From Oscillospiraceae bacterium (GTDB lineage: Bacteria > Bacillota > Clostridia > Oscillospirales > CAG-272), in NCBI GenBank assembly GCA_015063695.1, contig SVTQ01000010.1, forward strand, positions 609 to 64,608: a stretch of DNA of 64,000 nt. The letters are read 5' to 3'. Positions 10,042 to 19,446 of this stretch are shown here, one piece after another. Each line of letters begins with the position of its first letter. Position 1 is the first letter of the stretch. The notes under the pieces were generated by a model that ran no database searches, was not told the origin of the DNA, and saw only the letters and a list, made by a program, of their open reading frames with translations. A program made the translations under genes and the position numbers.

Positions 10042-10812
10042 ATGAAAAAAGAAGTAAGACGCGCTATTATCGCAGGCAACTGGAAGATGAACATGACTCC
10101 CTCTGCCGCAAAAGAAGCTATTGGAAAGACTGCAGAGCTCACAAAGGATATGAACGGCTGCGACGTTATCCTCTGCGTTCCTTTCGTTGACATCCCTGCT
10201 GCTGTTGAAGCTGCAAAGGGCACAAACGTTAAGATCGGTGCACAGAACGTTCACTTCGAAAAGAAGGGTGCTTTCACAGGCGAGATCGCAGGTGACATGC
10301 TCGTTGAATGCGGCATCGAATACGTTATTATCGGCCACAGCGAAAGAAGACAGTATTTCGGCGAAACAGACAAGACTGTTAACCTCAGAACAAAGGCAGC
10401 TCTCGAAGCAGGTCTCAAGGTTATCCTCTGCCTCGGCGAAGTTCTTGAAGAAAGAGAAGCAGGCATAACGTCCGAGATCGTTTCCATGCAGACAAAGCTT
10501 GACCTTGCAGGTCTCTCCGCTGAAGACATGAAGAACGTTATCATCGCATACGAACCCGTTTGGGCTATCGGTACAGGTCTCACTGCTACTCCCGAACAGG
10601 CTGAAGAAGTTTGCGCTATCATCAGAAACGTTATTGCAGGTCTTTACAGTGAAGAAGTTGCTGAAGGCGTTACAATTCAGTACGGCGGAAGCATGAACGA
10701 AGGCAACGCAGCTGCTCTTCTCTCCAAGGTAAACATTGACGGCGGTCTTATCGGCGGCGCATCTCTCGTTCCCGAAAAGTTCGTTCAGATCGTTGAAGCT
10801 GCTCAGGCGTAA
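10042..10812 (+). CDS. tpiA: Triosephosphate isomerase
   Basis: AGNWKMN, IIGHSERR, AYEPVWAIGTG, GGASL motifs. Confidence 0.95.
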   Translation: MKKEVRRAIIAGNWKMNMTPSAAKEAIGKTAELTKDMNGCDVILCVPFVDIPAAVEAAKGTNVKIGAQNVHFEKKGAFTGEIAGDMLVECGIEYVIIGHSERRQYFGETDKTVNLRTKAALEAGLKVILCLGEVLEEREAGITSEIVSMQTKLDLAGLSAEDMKNVIIAYEPVWAIGTGLTATPEQAEEVCAIIRNVIAGLYSEEVAEGVTIQYGGSMNEGNAAALLSKVNIDGGLIGGASLVPEKFVQIVEAAQA

Positions 10813-10843
10813 GTCACGACAGTAAAAATCAATTTCAAAATTC

Positions 10844-10867
10844 AGCGGGGCTGTTTTCAGCCCCGCT
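10844..10867 (+). terminator. Hairpin terminator after tpiA
   Basis: Perfect 10-bp stem AGCGGGGCTG/CAGCCCCGCT with a TTTT loop. The downstream T tract is weak. Confidence 0.6.
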
Positions 10868-10904
10868 TGATATTGGAATTTTTAAAATTCGCTTACTTTA
10901 CAGC

Positions 10905-10981
10905 TTTGAATATTCAAGTGTCTGAATACGGAAAGATTTTCACCTCACCTTATTTAGGCGTTTGAATGTTCAAAGTCTGAA
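10905..10981 (+). promoter_or_regulatory. Two ~22-nt direct repeats, each containing a palindrome (candidate operators)
   Basis: TTTGAATATTCAAGTGTCTGAA (10905..10926) and TTTGAATGTTCAAAGTCTGAA (10961..10981). TTGAATATTCAA is a perfect 12-bp palindrome. Upstream of the antiporter gene. Confidence 0.4.
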
Positions 10982-11022
10982 CTGAAAACCACGTAATTTT
11001 TATTACAGAAAGTGTACATATT

Positions 11023-12288
11023 ATGCAGACAATACTTTGTATGGCAGTAGTCCTTCTTGCAGGACTTATCATGTCACGTCTCATCAAGCCCCTTCAGCTT
11101 CCCGCTGTTACGGCATATCTTATTGCGGGTATCCTTATAGGTCCCTTCTGTCTCGGCAGACTTGGCATTGACGGTCTCGGCTTCTCCTCTCTCGAGCAGG
11201 TTGAAGGCTTCGGTCTCGTTGCAGATATCGCTCTCGGATTTATAGCATTTGCAATCGGTAACGAATTCAGACTCTCTCAGCTTAAGGAAACAGGAAAACA
11301 GGCTACCATCATCGGTATAGTTCAGGCTTTTGTTGCTACCCTTGCAGTTGATATAGCTCTTATTATCGTTCATGTAATCGTCGGGGACAAGTTCTCCCTT
11401 GCAGCCGCAGTTACCCTCGGCGCTATTGCTGCCGCAACTGCTCCTGCTGCAACTCTCATGGTAGTACGTCAGTACAAGGCGAAGGGTAAGCTCACCGACC
11501 TTCTTCTTCCCATCGTTGCTCTCGACGACGCGGTAGGACTTATTATCTTTGCAGTTTCCTTTGGCATTGCAAAGGCGTTTACTCTCGGCCACGTAAACGT
11601 TGTTTCCATTATAGTAGAACCTATTATAGAAATCGTTCTTTCCATTGTTCTCGGCGCAGTTCTGGGTGTTCTTCTCAATTTTGCAGAACGCTTCTTCCAC
11701 TCCAGAAGTAAACGTCTCTCCCTTGCAGTTACTTTTGTACTTCTTGCAGTTGCGATCTCAATGCTCAAGTTCAATGTAGGCGGTATCCACATAGGCTTCT
11801 CCTCTCTTCTCGTTTGCATGATGCTCGGTACTCTCTTCTGCAACCTCTGTGATTTTTCAGAAGAACTTATGGACCGTTGCGACAGATGGACTGCTCCTCT
11901 CTTTATCATGTTCTTCGTTCTCTCCGGTGCTGAACTTGACTTCAGCGTTTTCGGAGATATGACTATTATCATCATCGGTATCATCTATATCATCTTCCGT
12001 TCCCTCGGTAAGTATTTCGGTACTATGGTCAGCGCAAAAGCGGCAGGATGTGACAAAGATACTGTCAAGTACCTCGGTATCACTCTTCTGCCCCAGGCAG
12101 GCGTTGCTCTCGGAATGTCCGTTATCGCAAGACAGGAGCTTGGCGCTGACGGTACTATCATCCGTAACATCGTTCTCTTCGGAGTTCTTATCTATGAACT
12201 CTTCGGACCTATGGCTACCAAAATCGCCCTCACCAAGGCAGGTAACATCATTCCCGAACACCGCAAGAGCTCCAGAGGCGTTAAGTAA
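11023..12288 (+). CDS. Cation:proton antiporter (Na+/H+ exchanger family)
   Basis: About 12 TM segments. The N-terminus (LLAGLIMSRLIKPLQLPAVTAYLIAGILIGP) is typical of the CPA/Na_H_Exchanger family. Confidence 0.8.
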   Translation: MQTILCMAVVLLAGLIMSRLIKPLQLPAVTAYLIAGILIGPFCLGRLGIDGLGFSSLEQVEGFGLVADIALGFIAFAIGNEFRLSQLKETGKQATIIGIVQAFVATLAVDIALIIVHVIVGDKFSLAAAVTLGAIAAATAPAATLMVVRQYKAKGKLTDLLLPIVALDDAVGLIIFAVSFGIAKAFTLGHVNVVSIIVEPIIEIVLSIVLGAVLGVLLNFAERFFHSRSKRLSLAVTFVLLAVAISMLKFNVGGIHIGFSSLLVCMMLGTLFCNLCDFSEELMDRCDRWTAPLFIMFFVLSGAELDFSVFGDMTIIIIGIIYIIFRSLGKYFGTMVSAKAAGCDKDTVKYLGITLLPQAGVALGMSVIARQELGADGTIIRNIVLFGVLIYELFGPMATKIALTKAGNIIPEHRKSSRGVK

Positions 12289-12313
12289 ATTAGATTTAAG
12301 TAAGGATTTATAT

Positions 12314-12355
12314 GGGGGCTTTTCGAGAAAAGCCCCCATACCCCCAAAAGCCTTT
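12314..12355 (+). repeat. REP-like element copy A (modules M1+M2)
   Basis: GGGGGCTTTTCGAGAAAAGCCCCC hairpin, then ATA-CCCCCAAAAGCCTTT. Same architecture as copies at 30279, 34305 and 49963, and inverted at 30485, 35538 and 40133. Confidence 0.8.
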
Positions 12356-12358
12356 AAA

Positions 12359-12389
12359 AACAACCCCGGATTGACAATCCGGGGTTGTT
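12359..12389. terminator. Bidirectional hairpin terminator between the convergent antiporter and kinase genes
   Basis: AACAACCCCGGA/TCCGGGGTTGTT 12-bp stem, flanked by an A-run on the left and a T-run on the right. Confidence 0.7.
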
Positions 12390-12406
12390 TATTGTGAATA
12401 AGGTTC

Positions 12407-14545
12407 TTATTTCTTCATTTCCACTGTTGCTTTAAACAGATCACCGTCAACTAAAATCGAAAGCTCTCCCTTTTGAAGTCCCGTAAGACTTCGCGCTATT
12501 GAGAGCCCAAGCCCCGAGCCTTCGGTGCTTCTTGAACTATCGGCGCGGACAAATCTTTCCATCAGCTCGTCTTCCGAAATATTGAGCTGATATTTTGAAA
12601 CGTTTTTGAAAATGAATTTGACCGAGTCCCCAAAGTCTTCAAGGCTGACGTAAACTCTTGTTCCCGGCTGAGCATATTTGCAGATATTATTCATAAGGTT
12701 GTCAAGAACACGCCACATCAGATTGCCGTCCCCGGTAAAATAAATGGGATATTCGGGCTTTATAAGCACAAGCTCAAGCTCTGCTTCATTAATTCTCGTT
12801 TCATATTCTCCGAGAACCTGCCCGAGAAGAACTCCGCCTTCAATAGGAGAAAGATTTACCTTAACGTTTCCCGTTGATGCCTTTGATGCTTCCACAAGGT
12901 CGTAAATAAGCTTCTTCAGTCTTGAGCACTGTCGTTCGAGAACCTCAAGATATTCTCTTGACTTTTCGTTTTCAGGCTCTTCCTTTTTAAGCAGGTCAAC
13001 GTAATTTATTATTGAAGTAAGCGGCGTTTTAATATCGTGGGAGACGTTTGTGATAAGCTCCGTCTTGAGTCTTTCGCTTTTCAGCTTTTCCTCAACGGCG
13101 GCGGCCATTCCGTCTCTTATGCTGTTAAGATTTTCCCCGTGCTCACGAAGCTCCTGCGGCATACCCGAGGTATCTATCTTATAGGAAAGATTTCCTGAGG
13201 AAATTTCGCGGCATCCTGTTTTCAGCTTTTTCATCTGAATTACAAAGTAGAGAATAAGGGGAATAAGGAAAAGATTTTCAATAAACCACCAAAAGATCAG
13301 CCATCCGAGCTCTGCCTGCCACAGAATACAAAGGAAAAATGCAATTAACTCCGCGGCAAGCACTGCGGCTATAGCGAGAGCACTCTTCCACACAACGGGT
13401 AAACCGATAAGTATTTCTCTGAAGAAAACGAAAAGCTTCCGAAGGAGACGGTAAAAATAGCGGAAGACCTTGTAAATTACAGTATTTTTCAGGAGAGTTC
13501 CCGTTTTACATCTTACTGTGAAGGTATAAAGATAAGCGAGGATAAGAAGGATGTCGGCATATGCGGCGATAGCTCCGAGAATAATGGCAGGCGCAATCTG
13601 CAATTCGGAAACAAATTCTCCGAAAAATATAAATTCAAGGCCGGCGATACAAACATAAGCCGCAGTAAGAACGTCAAAAGGAATTCTGTCAAAGACACCG
13701 CAGGCAGGCTCATCCGAACCCTTTTTATAGCCTGCCGTATAAAGAAGGAAAACCACCGAAACGGCAGACGTGAAAAACAGAATAAGGGCAAGAACAGGGA
13801 AGATAAATCTTACGGAATACATAAGACCTACAAGCTTCTCTGCAAAATACATCTTGTCAAAATGCTTGAACTCTTCCTTGACGTAGACTTTTGTGCGTAT
13901 CTCCGTCAGCATTTCCGGTTCATCGCCGTAATAATCTCTGTCGCAGACCTCGGGAGCTTCGGTGCTTTCAAAAGCTTCTTCGTGAGGCTCTTTTTTGTCA
14001 GAATAAAGACTGCTCTCACTCTCGGTAAAGCCCGTGGTGTCGGGATCAGGATCGGACGCTGTTTCTTCTTCTGTATCGGCACCTGCCGTCGTATCGTAAT
14101 ATACGGAATTATCCGATGAAATAACTATTTTTCCCGTTTCGTTTCTTACGGAAACTCTGTCTATACATTCTACTTGCATGCGAAAGCTTTCTTCGGCATA
14201 ATTTGACAGAAGAACTGTTCCGTCGGGAAGTGTCACTTCAAAATAAACGGAAGAGTAAGTATCCTCAAGATGCGGTACAAGAGACTTTGCTGCATGAGCT
14301 TCCGCGTATACCGTTCCGTTGTCGTAAACGAGGTAATCCGAGGCGGAAAGACCTATCTTCCAGGCATATTCGAATGCAATATTTTCAAGGCTCTCGCCAA
14401 GAACCTTTTCTCGATCTTCGGTATATACGTCGTACTTCATTATAATGACGGTGCCGAAGGCAGTAAAAATAAAACCGAAAATCAATACCGAAGCGAGAAA
14501 GAACGTAATCAGCTTAAGGGCGAAGCTTTTTTTGAGCTTTGTCAT
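12407..14545 (-). CDS. Sensor histidine kinase with large N-terminal sensing and multi-TM region
   Basis: H-box SHDIKTPLTSI, N-box DNLMNNICKYA, G-box GSGLGLSIARS. N-terminal TM, extracytoplasmic domain with an acidic stretch, then about 6 TM segments. Confidence 0.9.
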   Translation of the reverse strand: MTKLKKSFALKLITFFLASVLIFGFIFTAFGTVIIMKYDVYTEDREKVLGESLENIAFEYAWKIGLSASDYLVYDNGTVYAEAHAAKSLVPHLEDTYSSVYFEVTLPDGTVLLSNYAEESFRMQVECIDRVSVRNETGKIVISSDNSVYYDTTAGADTEEETASDPDPDTTGFTESESSLYSDKKEPHEEAFESTEAPEVCDRDYYGDEPEMLTEIRTKVYVKEEFKHFDKMYFAEKLVGLMYSVRFIFPVLALILFFTSAVSVVFLLYTAGYKKGSDEPACGVFDRIPFDVLTAAYVCIAGLEFIFFGEFVSELQIAPAIILGAIAAYADILLILAYLYTFTVRCKTGTLLKNTVIYKVFRYFYRLLRKLFVFFREILIGLPVVWKSALAIAAVLAAELIAFFLCILWQAELGWLIFWWFIENLFLIPLILYFVIQMKKLKTGCREISSGNLSYKIDTSGMPQELREHGENLNSIRDGMAAAVEEKLKSERLKTELITNVSHDIKTPLTSIINYVDLLKKEEPENEKSREYLEVLERQCSRLKKLIYDLVEASKASTGNVKVNLSPIEGGVLLGQVLGEYETRINEAELELVLIKPEYPIYFTGDGNLMWRVLDNLMNNICKYAQPGTRVYVSLEDFGDSVKFIFKNVSKYQLNISEDELMERFVRADSSRSTEGSGLGLSIARSLTGLQKGELSILVDGDLFKATVEMKK

Positions 14546-15240
14546 TTTTTTATACCTCCGTCAAATTTGTATCCCTGTCCCCAAACTACTTTTATATACT
14601 GGGGAGAAGCGGGGTCGATTTCTGTTTTTTCTCGGATATGGCGTATGTGAACGGCAACGGTGGCCTCGGCCCCGAGAGGAGTATCGTTCCACACCTTGAT
14701 ATAGATATCCTTCGGCGAAAATACCTCGCCGGGATTTGCCATAAGAAGACGCAATATCTCAAATTCCGTCGGAGTGAGATTTATTTCCGCATCACCTTTT
14801 GTAACTCTTTTCTTTTTTACGTCAAGCTCAAGCTCTCCGGCTCTGAGAATTTCATCCGCCGCACTCCCCGAACCAAGCTGCATATAGCGTCTTATCTGAG
14901 AGCGGACACGGGCGATGACCTCAACGGGATTAAAGGGCTTTGTGATATAGTCGTCAGCTCCCACATTAAGACCGAGGATTATATCGCTGTCCTCACTTTT
15001 GGCAGTGAGGAGAATGACGGGAAGATTACTGAACTCCCGAAGCTCAACCATCGTTTCTATACCGTTCTTTTCGGGCATCATTATGTCGAGCATTGCAAGA
15101 TGAATTTCGTTTTCTTTGACAGTTTCAAGAGCCTCTTTACCGTTGTAAGCACAAAAGACTTTAAATCCTTCGGATTCAAGATATATTTTTAGAGCGGCAA
15201 CGATATCCTTTTCATCGTCGCACACAAGTACGTTGTACAT
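14542..15240 (-). CDS. OmpR/PhoB-family response regulator
   Basis: Receiver domain (VCDDEKDI, LDIMMP, LTAK). Winged-helix C-terminus (LTPTEFEILRLL, VWGQGYKF). 4-nt overlap with the kinase gene. Confidence 0.92.
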   Translation of the reverse strand: MYNVLVCDDEKDIVAALKIYLESEGFKVFCAYNGKEALETVKENEIHLAMLDIMMPEKNGIETMVELREFSNLPVILLTAKSEDSDIILGLNVGADDYITKPFNPVEVIARVRSQIRRYMQLGSGSAADEILRAGELELDVKKKRVTKGDAEINLTPTEFEILRLLMANPGEVFSPKDIYIKVWNDTPLGAEATVAVHIRHIREKTEIDPASPQYIKVVWGQGYKFDGGIKK

Positions 15241-15510
15241 GAAAGTGCCCTCCTTCGGGATCTGTTTTACAAATTCATTTTATACCAAAATCTTTTAATA
15301 AGCAACAAGGAAAACTCTTAAGTTTTTATTAAGGAAAGCAATTCGGAGTTTTTTTCAAAAAACAATAGACAACAGAGTTTTTATATGTTATTATAAAATG
15401 AATATATATATAGTAAAATGGCTTTTTATACCATAAAAAGCTTTTTGCCGAAAAAATTCAAATAACAAAACCAACCTAACAGATATAAAAGAAAAAAGGA
15501 GGCAAAAAAG

Positions 15511-17457
15511 ATGTCAATAAAAAAAAGAGTTGGCCTGACCCTTATATCTTTTGTTTTCATCTTTGTTTTTCTCCTTTCACCTCTCGCCTATGCGGCGGGC
15601 AGTGAAACGGAAGGAAAATGCGGTCCATCCCTTACGTGGAATTACGATGCCGCTTCCGGCTCGCTTACTATTTCCGGCGAGGGGCCCATGTATGACTACG
15701 CAAATTTTTCCATTACGGTGGATTGCGCTCCATACAGCGTATACAGAGCAAAGATCAAATCTGTTGTAATTGAAGAAGGCTGTACTAAGATAGGCACCTA
15801 TGCCTTCTCCGGACTTACGGCTCTTACTCTCGTAAAGTTTCCCGAAAACTCTCTGAAAGAAATCGGTGCTTATGCTTTCAACTACTGCACAGAGCTCACA
15901 AGAATGATAATACCCGACAGCGTTACACTTTTAGGTGAGTCTGCATTTACTACCTGTCAGAAGCTTAAAATGATCCGCTTCGGTACAGGAATTACGTCTC
16001 TCCCCACAGGAATATGCCGTAAGGCTTCGGAGCTTACAGATGTTTTCCTTACGGAAAATATCAAGTACATCGGGAACGCTGCATTTTACGAATGCAAGAA
16101 GCTTGTAAACATTGATATTTCTTCTGTGGAAGTTTTTGAAGCAAATGCGTTTTTCAGCTGCACTTCTCTCAAAAGTGTCCGCTTCGGAGATAATATCAAG
16201 ACAATAGGCTCAAACTCTTTCTATTCCTGCAGCGCGCTTTCCGAAATTATTTTTGACGGAACGCCTACTGCAATTGCCTCCGCCTTCTGCTACGGCTCTC
16301 CTTGGTACAATTCCCATGACTATGGCATGTATACCATTTGCAACGGCGAAATTCTTATGTGCCGTACTCCTTATTCGGCAAGCGAGATAGTAGTCCCCGA
16401 AGGTGTTAAGATGATAGCCGACAACGCATTTGCCAACAATGCTTCCATAACAAAGGTCGTTCTGCCCGAAAGTCTTGAGGTTATAGGCTCCATGGCTTTC
16501 TCAAGAGCAGACTCCCTGACCTCCATAATCATTCCCGACAACGTAAAAGAAATACGCAAAAACGCCCTCGGTTACAAAACGCAAGGATCTTCAGATTCCA
16601 TTATCAACCCGAACTTTGTGATAACGAGCAGAGGAAAGGGCGTCGCTTATGCTTATGCAACACAAAACGGCATAAATTATAACTGTCTCCATGAATACGA
16701 AATCGCGGTTCAGTCCGAAAACTGTACCGAAGCTATATACAGTCTTGAAAAATGTATTTACTGCGATATCGTTATCGAAAAGACTGCTCTTCCCGTAAAA
16801 GAAAGCCACGATTTTACCGAAACTGTAACAACTCCCGATTGCGAAAACGGCGGATACACCCTTTACAGCTGTAAAAACTGCAATTTCAGCTTTAAAGATG
16901 CCGAAACATCAGCAAAGGGTCATTCTTCAACGGAAATTTGGGAGATCGTTGCCGAGCCCGAATGTGAAGAATACGGAAAGATAGCCCTTCTCTGCAGTGA
17001 CTGCGGCGATATCATTTCCGAAAAGCTTATAGAAAAAAACGGCCATTCGGAATCCGGCGCTCTCCGCACTCTCGCCGCAGAAAGCTGTACCGAAGCGGGA
17101 CTTTACGAAAAGTATTGCACAACTTGCGATGCGACTCTTGAAACCGTAACCGTTCCCGCGGTGGGTCACACCCCTGCAGGCGACTATGAGACCGTAATTC
17201 CCTTTGAAACGGAAAACGCAGGATGCGAAATGATCCGTTGCAAGACCTGCGGTATTGCGATCTCCGTTCGTTGGTTTGTGTACGACGGCGATGAAAAAGT
17301 AATAATTGACAAGAGCGAAGCAAGAAATATCTGCCTTGCAGGTATGGCGGAAGCTTTCGAGGGAACTTATGAAGTTTCCGTTTCAAGCTACGATTTCAAC
17401 TTTGACGGAATATTAAGTGCAAAGGACAAACTCACCGTCAAGCTTATGACCGAGTAA
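15511..17457 (+). CDS. Secreted BspA-type leucine-rich-repeat protein with Cys3-His repeat modules and a degenerate dockerin-like end
   Basis: Signal peptide (..LAYAAG). About 12 repeats of IPxSVxxIGxxAFxxCxxL (LRR_5 type). Four to five ~40-aa modules of C-x5-10-C-x2-C...H. One DxNxDGxIxxxD loop (DFNFDGILSAKD). Confidence 0.8.
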   Translation: MSIKKRVGLTLISFVFIFVFLLSPLAYAAGSETEGKCGPSLTWNYDAASGSLTISGEGPMYDYANFSITVDCAPYSVYRAKIKSVVIEEGCTKIGTYAFSGLTALTLVKFPENSLKEIGAYAFNYCTELTRMIIPDSVTLLGESAFTTCQKLKMIRFGTGITSLPTGICRKASELTDVFLTENIKYIGNAAFYECKKLVNIDISSVEVFEANAFFSCTSLKSVRFGDNIKTIGSNSFYSCSALSEIIFDGTPTAIASAFCYGSPWYNSHDYGMYTICNGEILMCRTPYSASEIVVPEGVKMIADNAFANNASITKVVLPESLEVIGSMAFSRADSLTSIIIPDNVKEIRKNALGYKTQGSSDSIINPNFVITSRGKGVAYAYATQNGINYNCLHEYEIAVQSENCTEAIYSLEKCIYCDIVIEKTALPVKESHDFTETVTTPDCENGGYTLYSCKNCNFSFKDAETSAKGHSSTEIWEIVAEPECEEYGKIALLCSDCGDIISEKLIEKNGHSESGALRTLAAESCTEAGLYEKYCTTCDATLETVTVPAVGHTPAGDYETVIPFETENAGCEMIRCKTCGIAISVRWFVYDGDEKVIIDKSEARNICLAGMAEAFEGTYEVSVSSYDFNFDGILSAKDKLTVKLMTE

Positions 17458-17474
17458 AGAAAGAGGTTAAAAAC

Positions 17475-19397
17475 ATGAAAAGATTAATATGTTTTCTTTT
17501 GGCTTTGACAATTACCCTCACTGTAACTCCTGTTTTCGGAGCTACTGTTTATAAATATTACTGCGAAGACGGCATTACCGCTAAGGTTGACGCGACAGCT
17601 AAGACCCTCACCCTCTCAGGAGAAGGTGATATGATGGACTACGCCGCGGACAACAGACCTCCGTGGTATGAAAGAAAATCCATATACACAAAGGTAATTA
17701 TCGAAAACGGCATTACCTCCATCGGCGACTATGCCTTCACCGATAACCTTGTGCTTGTTTCGGCAGATATCCCCGAATCCGTAACAAAAGTCGGAGACTA
17801 TGCTTTCCAGAAGTGTATCAAACTCACTGATATGCATTTTTCCGATAACGTAAAAGAGATCGGCATCTATGCTTTGGCCGATTGTAACGCACTGAAGAGA
17901 GTAACTCTCCCCAAGGTACTCCCCGAAATTCCTCAGGCGTTGTTCAGATGCAGTTATTATATTGAAAGCATCGTAATGCCCGAGGACTGTCCCTCTATCG
18001 GTGCCAGCGCATTCATGAGCTGCTCATACCTCAAAAATATAACTCTGCCCGCAAATCTCAGATCCATCGGAAACTATGCTTTCAACGGATGTAACGCTCT
18101 CGCTTCCGTTACGATACCGAACGGTACCGAGTCCATCGGTGACTTTGCTTTTTACAGTCTTTCAAAGCTCAGCGAGATAAACATTCCAAGCTCCGTAAAC
18201 TATATAGGTGAGGATGCTTTCTGCGGCACTCCTTGGTACAATGCTCTCTCAAACGGATTTAATCTCATTAACGGAATTGCCATCACATATAAAGGAAGTG
18301 CAACTACAAAAACCCTTAAAATTCCCGAAGGTGCCGTAACCGTTGCCCCCGGAATTTGCGGAAGCGCAATCTACGCAACGGAAGTTATAATTCCCGACTC
18401 TGTAAAATCTATCAGTCAATATGCCTTCTACGGTCTTTCATCTCTCTATTCAGTAACTATTCCCGATAATGTGGAAACTATAGGTGACTATGCTTTAGGT
18501 TATTACGCATCTTCGTTAGGTTCTCCCACTCCGATCTATCCCTTCACCATTTATTCAAGCAATCCTGTCGCAAAGGAATATGCCGAAAACAATCAGTTTG
18601 ATTTCGTATGTCTCCACAAGGAATACTCCTTATCAAACTATCCCGACTGCACCGTAGGCGGCACTGCTGACAAAATCTGCCTCTGTTGCGGTGAAATTAT
18701 AGGAACAGAAGACATATCCAAAGGAACTCATAGCTATAAAACAAAGATTTTCGGTGCAACTTGTACCGAAAACGGATTCATAAAGAGCTCATGTACAGTT
18801 TGCGGATATGAAAGGACTACCGTTACCGAGCCTGCAACAGGCCACACCGCAAACGGAAGCTTCAAAATTCAGAACTCCACGTGTGCAGAAAGCGGCTGTA
18901 TCTATAAGCTCTGTGATATCTGCGGCGAAAGCTTTGATGAAGTGAAAATAGAAAAGCTTCCACACACGCCTTCCGAAAAGAAGACTGTGGTAACGGCTCC
19001 CACTTGCATTGAAGAGGGTGAGTACTGCGTTCTCTGCAAAGACTGCGGTGAAGTCCTTGAAAAAGGAACTATCCCTGCACATGGACACACAAAAAGCTCA
19101 GAATTTACAGTTCTTAATGATTCCGACTATTTTGAAGATATCAAAGGACTTTATATAAGAGAGTGCACTAATTGTCACATAGCTCTGGACTATGGAGAAT
19201 TCTACAAGGGTGATTTGAACAATGATGAGGAAATTAATTCCCGTGATATTATAATTATTAAAAAGATTCTTGCAGGCGATATTTCCTATGATGAAGAAAA
19301 GCTAATATTACTTGAATTTCTGGGCGACATGAACAACGATGGGGAAATCACATCGCGAGACAATATAGCACTGAAGAAAATCGTCAGAAACGGCTGA
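17475..19397 (+). CDS. Secreted BspA-type LRR protein with Cys3-His repeat modules and a type I dockerin
   Basis: Signal peptide. LRR_5-type repeats. Five Cys3-His modules. C-terminal duplicated Ca-binding loops GDLNNDEEINSRD and GDMNNDGEITSRD (dockerin). Confidence 0.85.
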   Translation: MKRLICFLLALTITLTVTPVFGATVYKYYCEDGITAKVDATAKTLTLSGEGDMMDYAADNRPPWYERKSIYTKVIIENGITSIGDYAFTDNLVLVSADIPESVTKVGDYAFQKCIKLTDMHFSDNVKEIGIYALADCNALKRVTLPKVLPEIPQALFRCSYYIESIVMPEDCPSIGASAFMSCSYLKNITLPANLRSIGNYAFNGCNALASVTIPNGTESIGDFAFYSLSKLSEINIPSSVNYIGEDAFCGTPWYNALSNGFNLINGIAITYKGSATTKTLKIPEGAVTVAPGICGSAIYATEVIIPDSVKSISQYAFYGLSSLYSVTIPDNVETIGDYALGYYASSLGSPTPIYPFTIYSSNPVAKEYAENNQFDFVCLHKEYSLSNYPDCTVGGTADKICLCCGEIIGTEDISKGTHSYKTKIFGATCTENGFIKSSCTVCGYERTTVTEPATGHTANGSFKIQNSTCAESGCIYKLCDICGESFDEVKIEKLPHTPSEKKTVVTAPTCIEEGEYCVLCKDCGEVLEKGTIPAHGHTKSSEFTVLNDSDYFEDIKGLYIRECTNCHIALDYGEFYKGDLNNDEEINSRDIIIIKKILAGDISYDEEKLILLEFLGDMNNDGEITSRDNIALKKIVRNG

Positions 19398-19446
19398 ATT
19401 TTTTAACGTTTAAAAGTTTTTAAAAAACACCCTTCGGGAGAAAAGC

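Noticed and set aside
9520-10338. 272-aa minus-strand ORF spanning the pgk/tpiA junction
   Set aside because: It is antisense to two highly conserved glycolytic genes.
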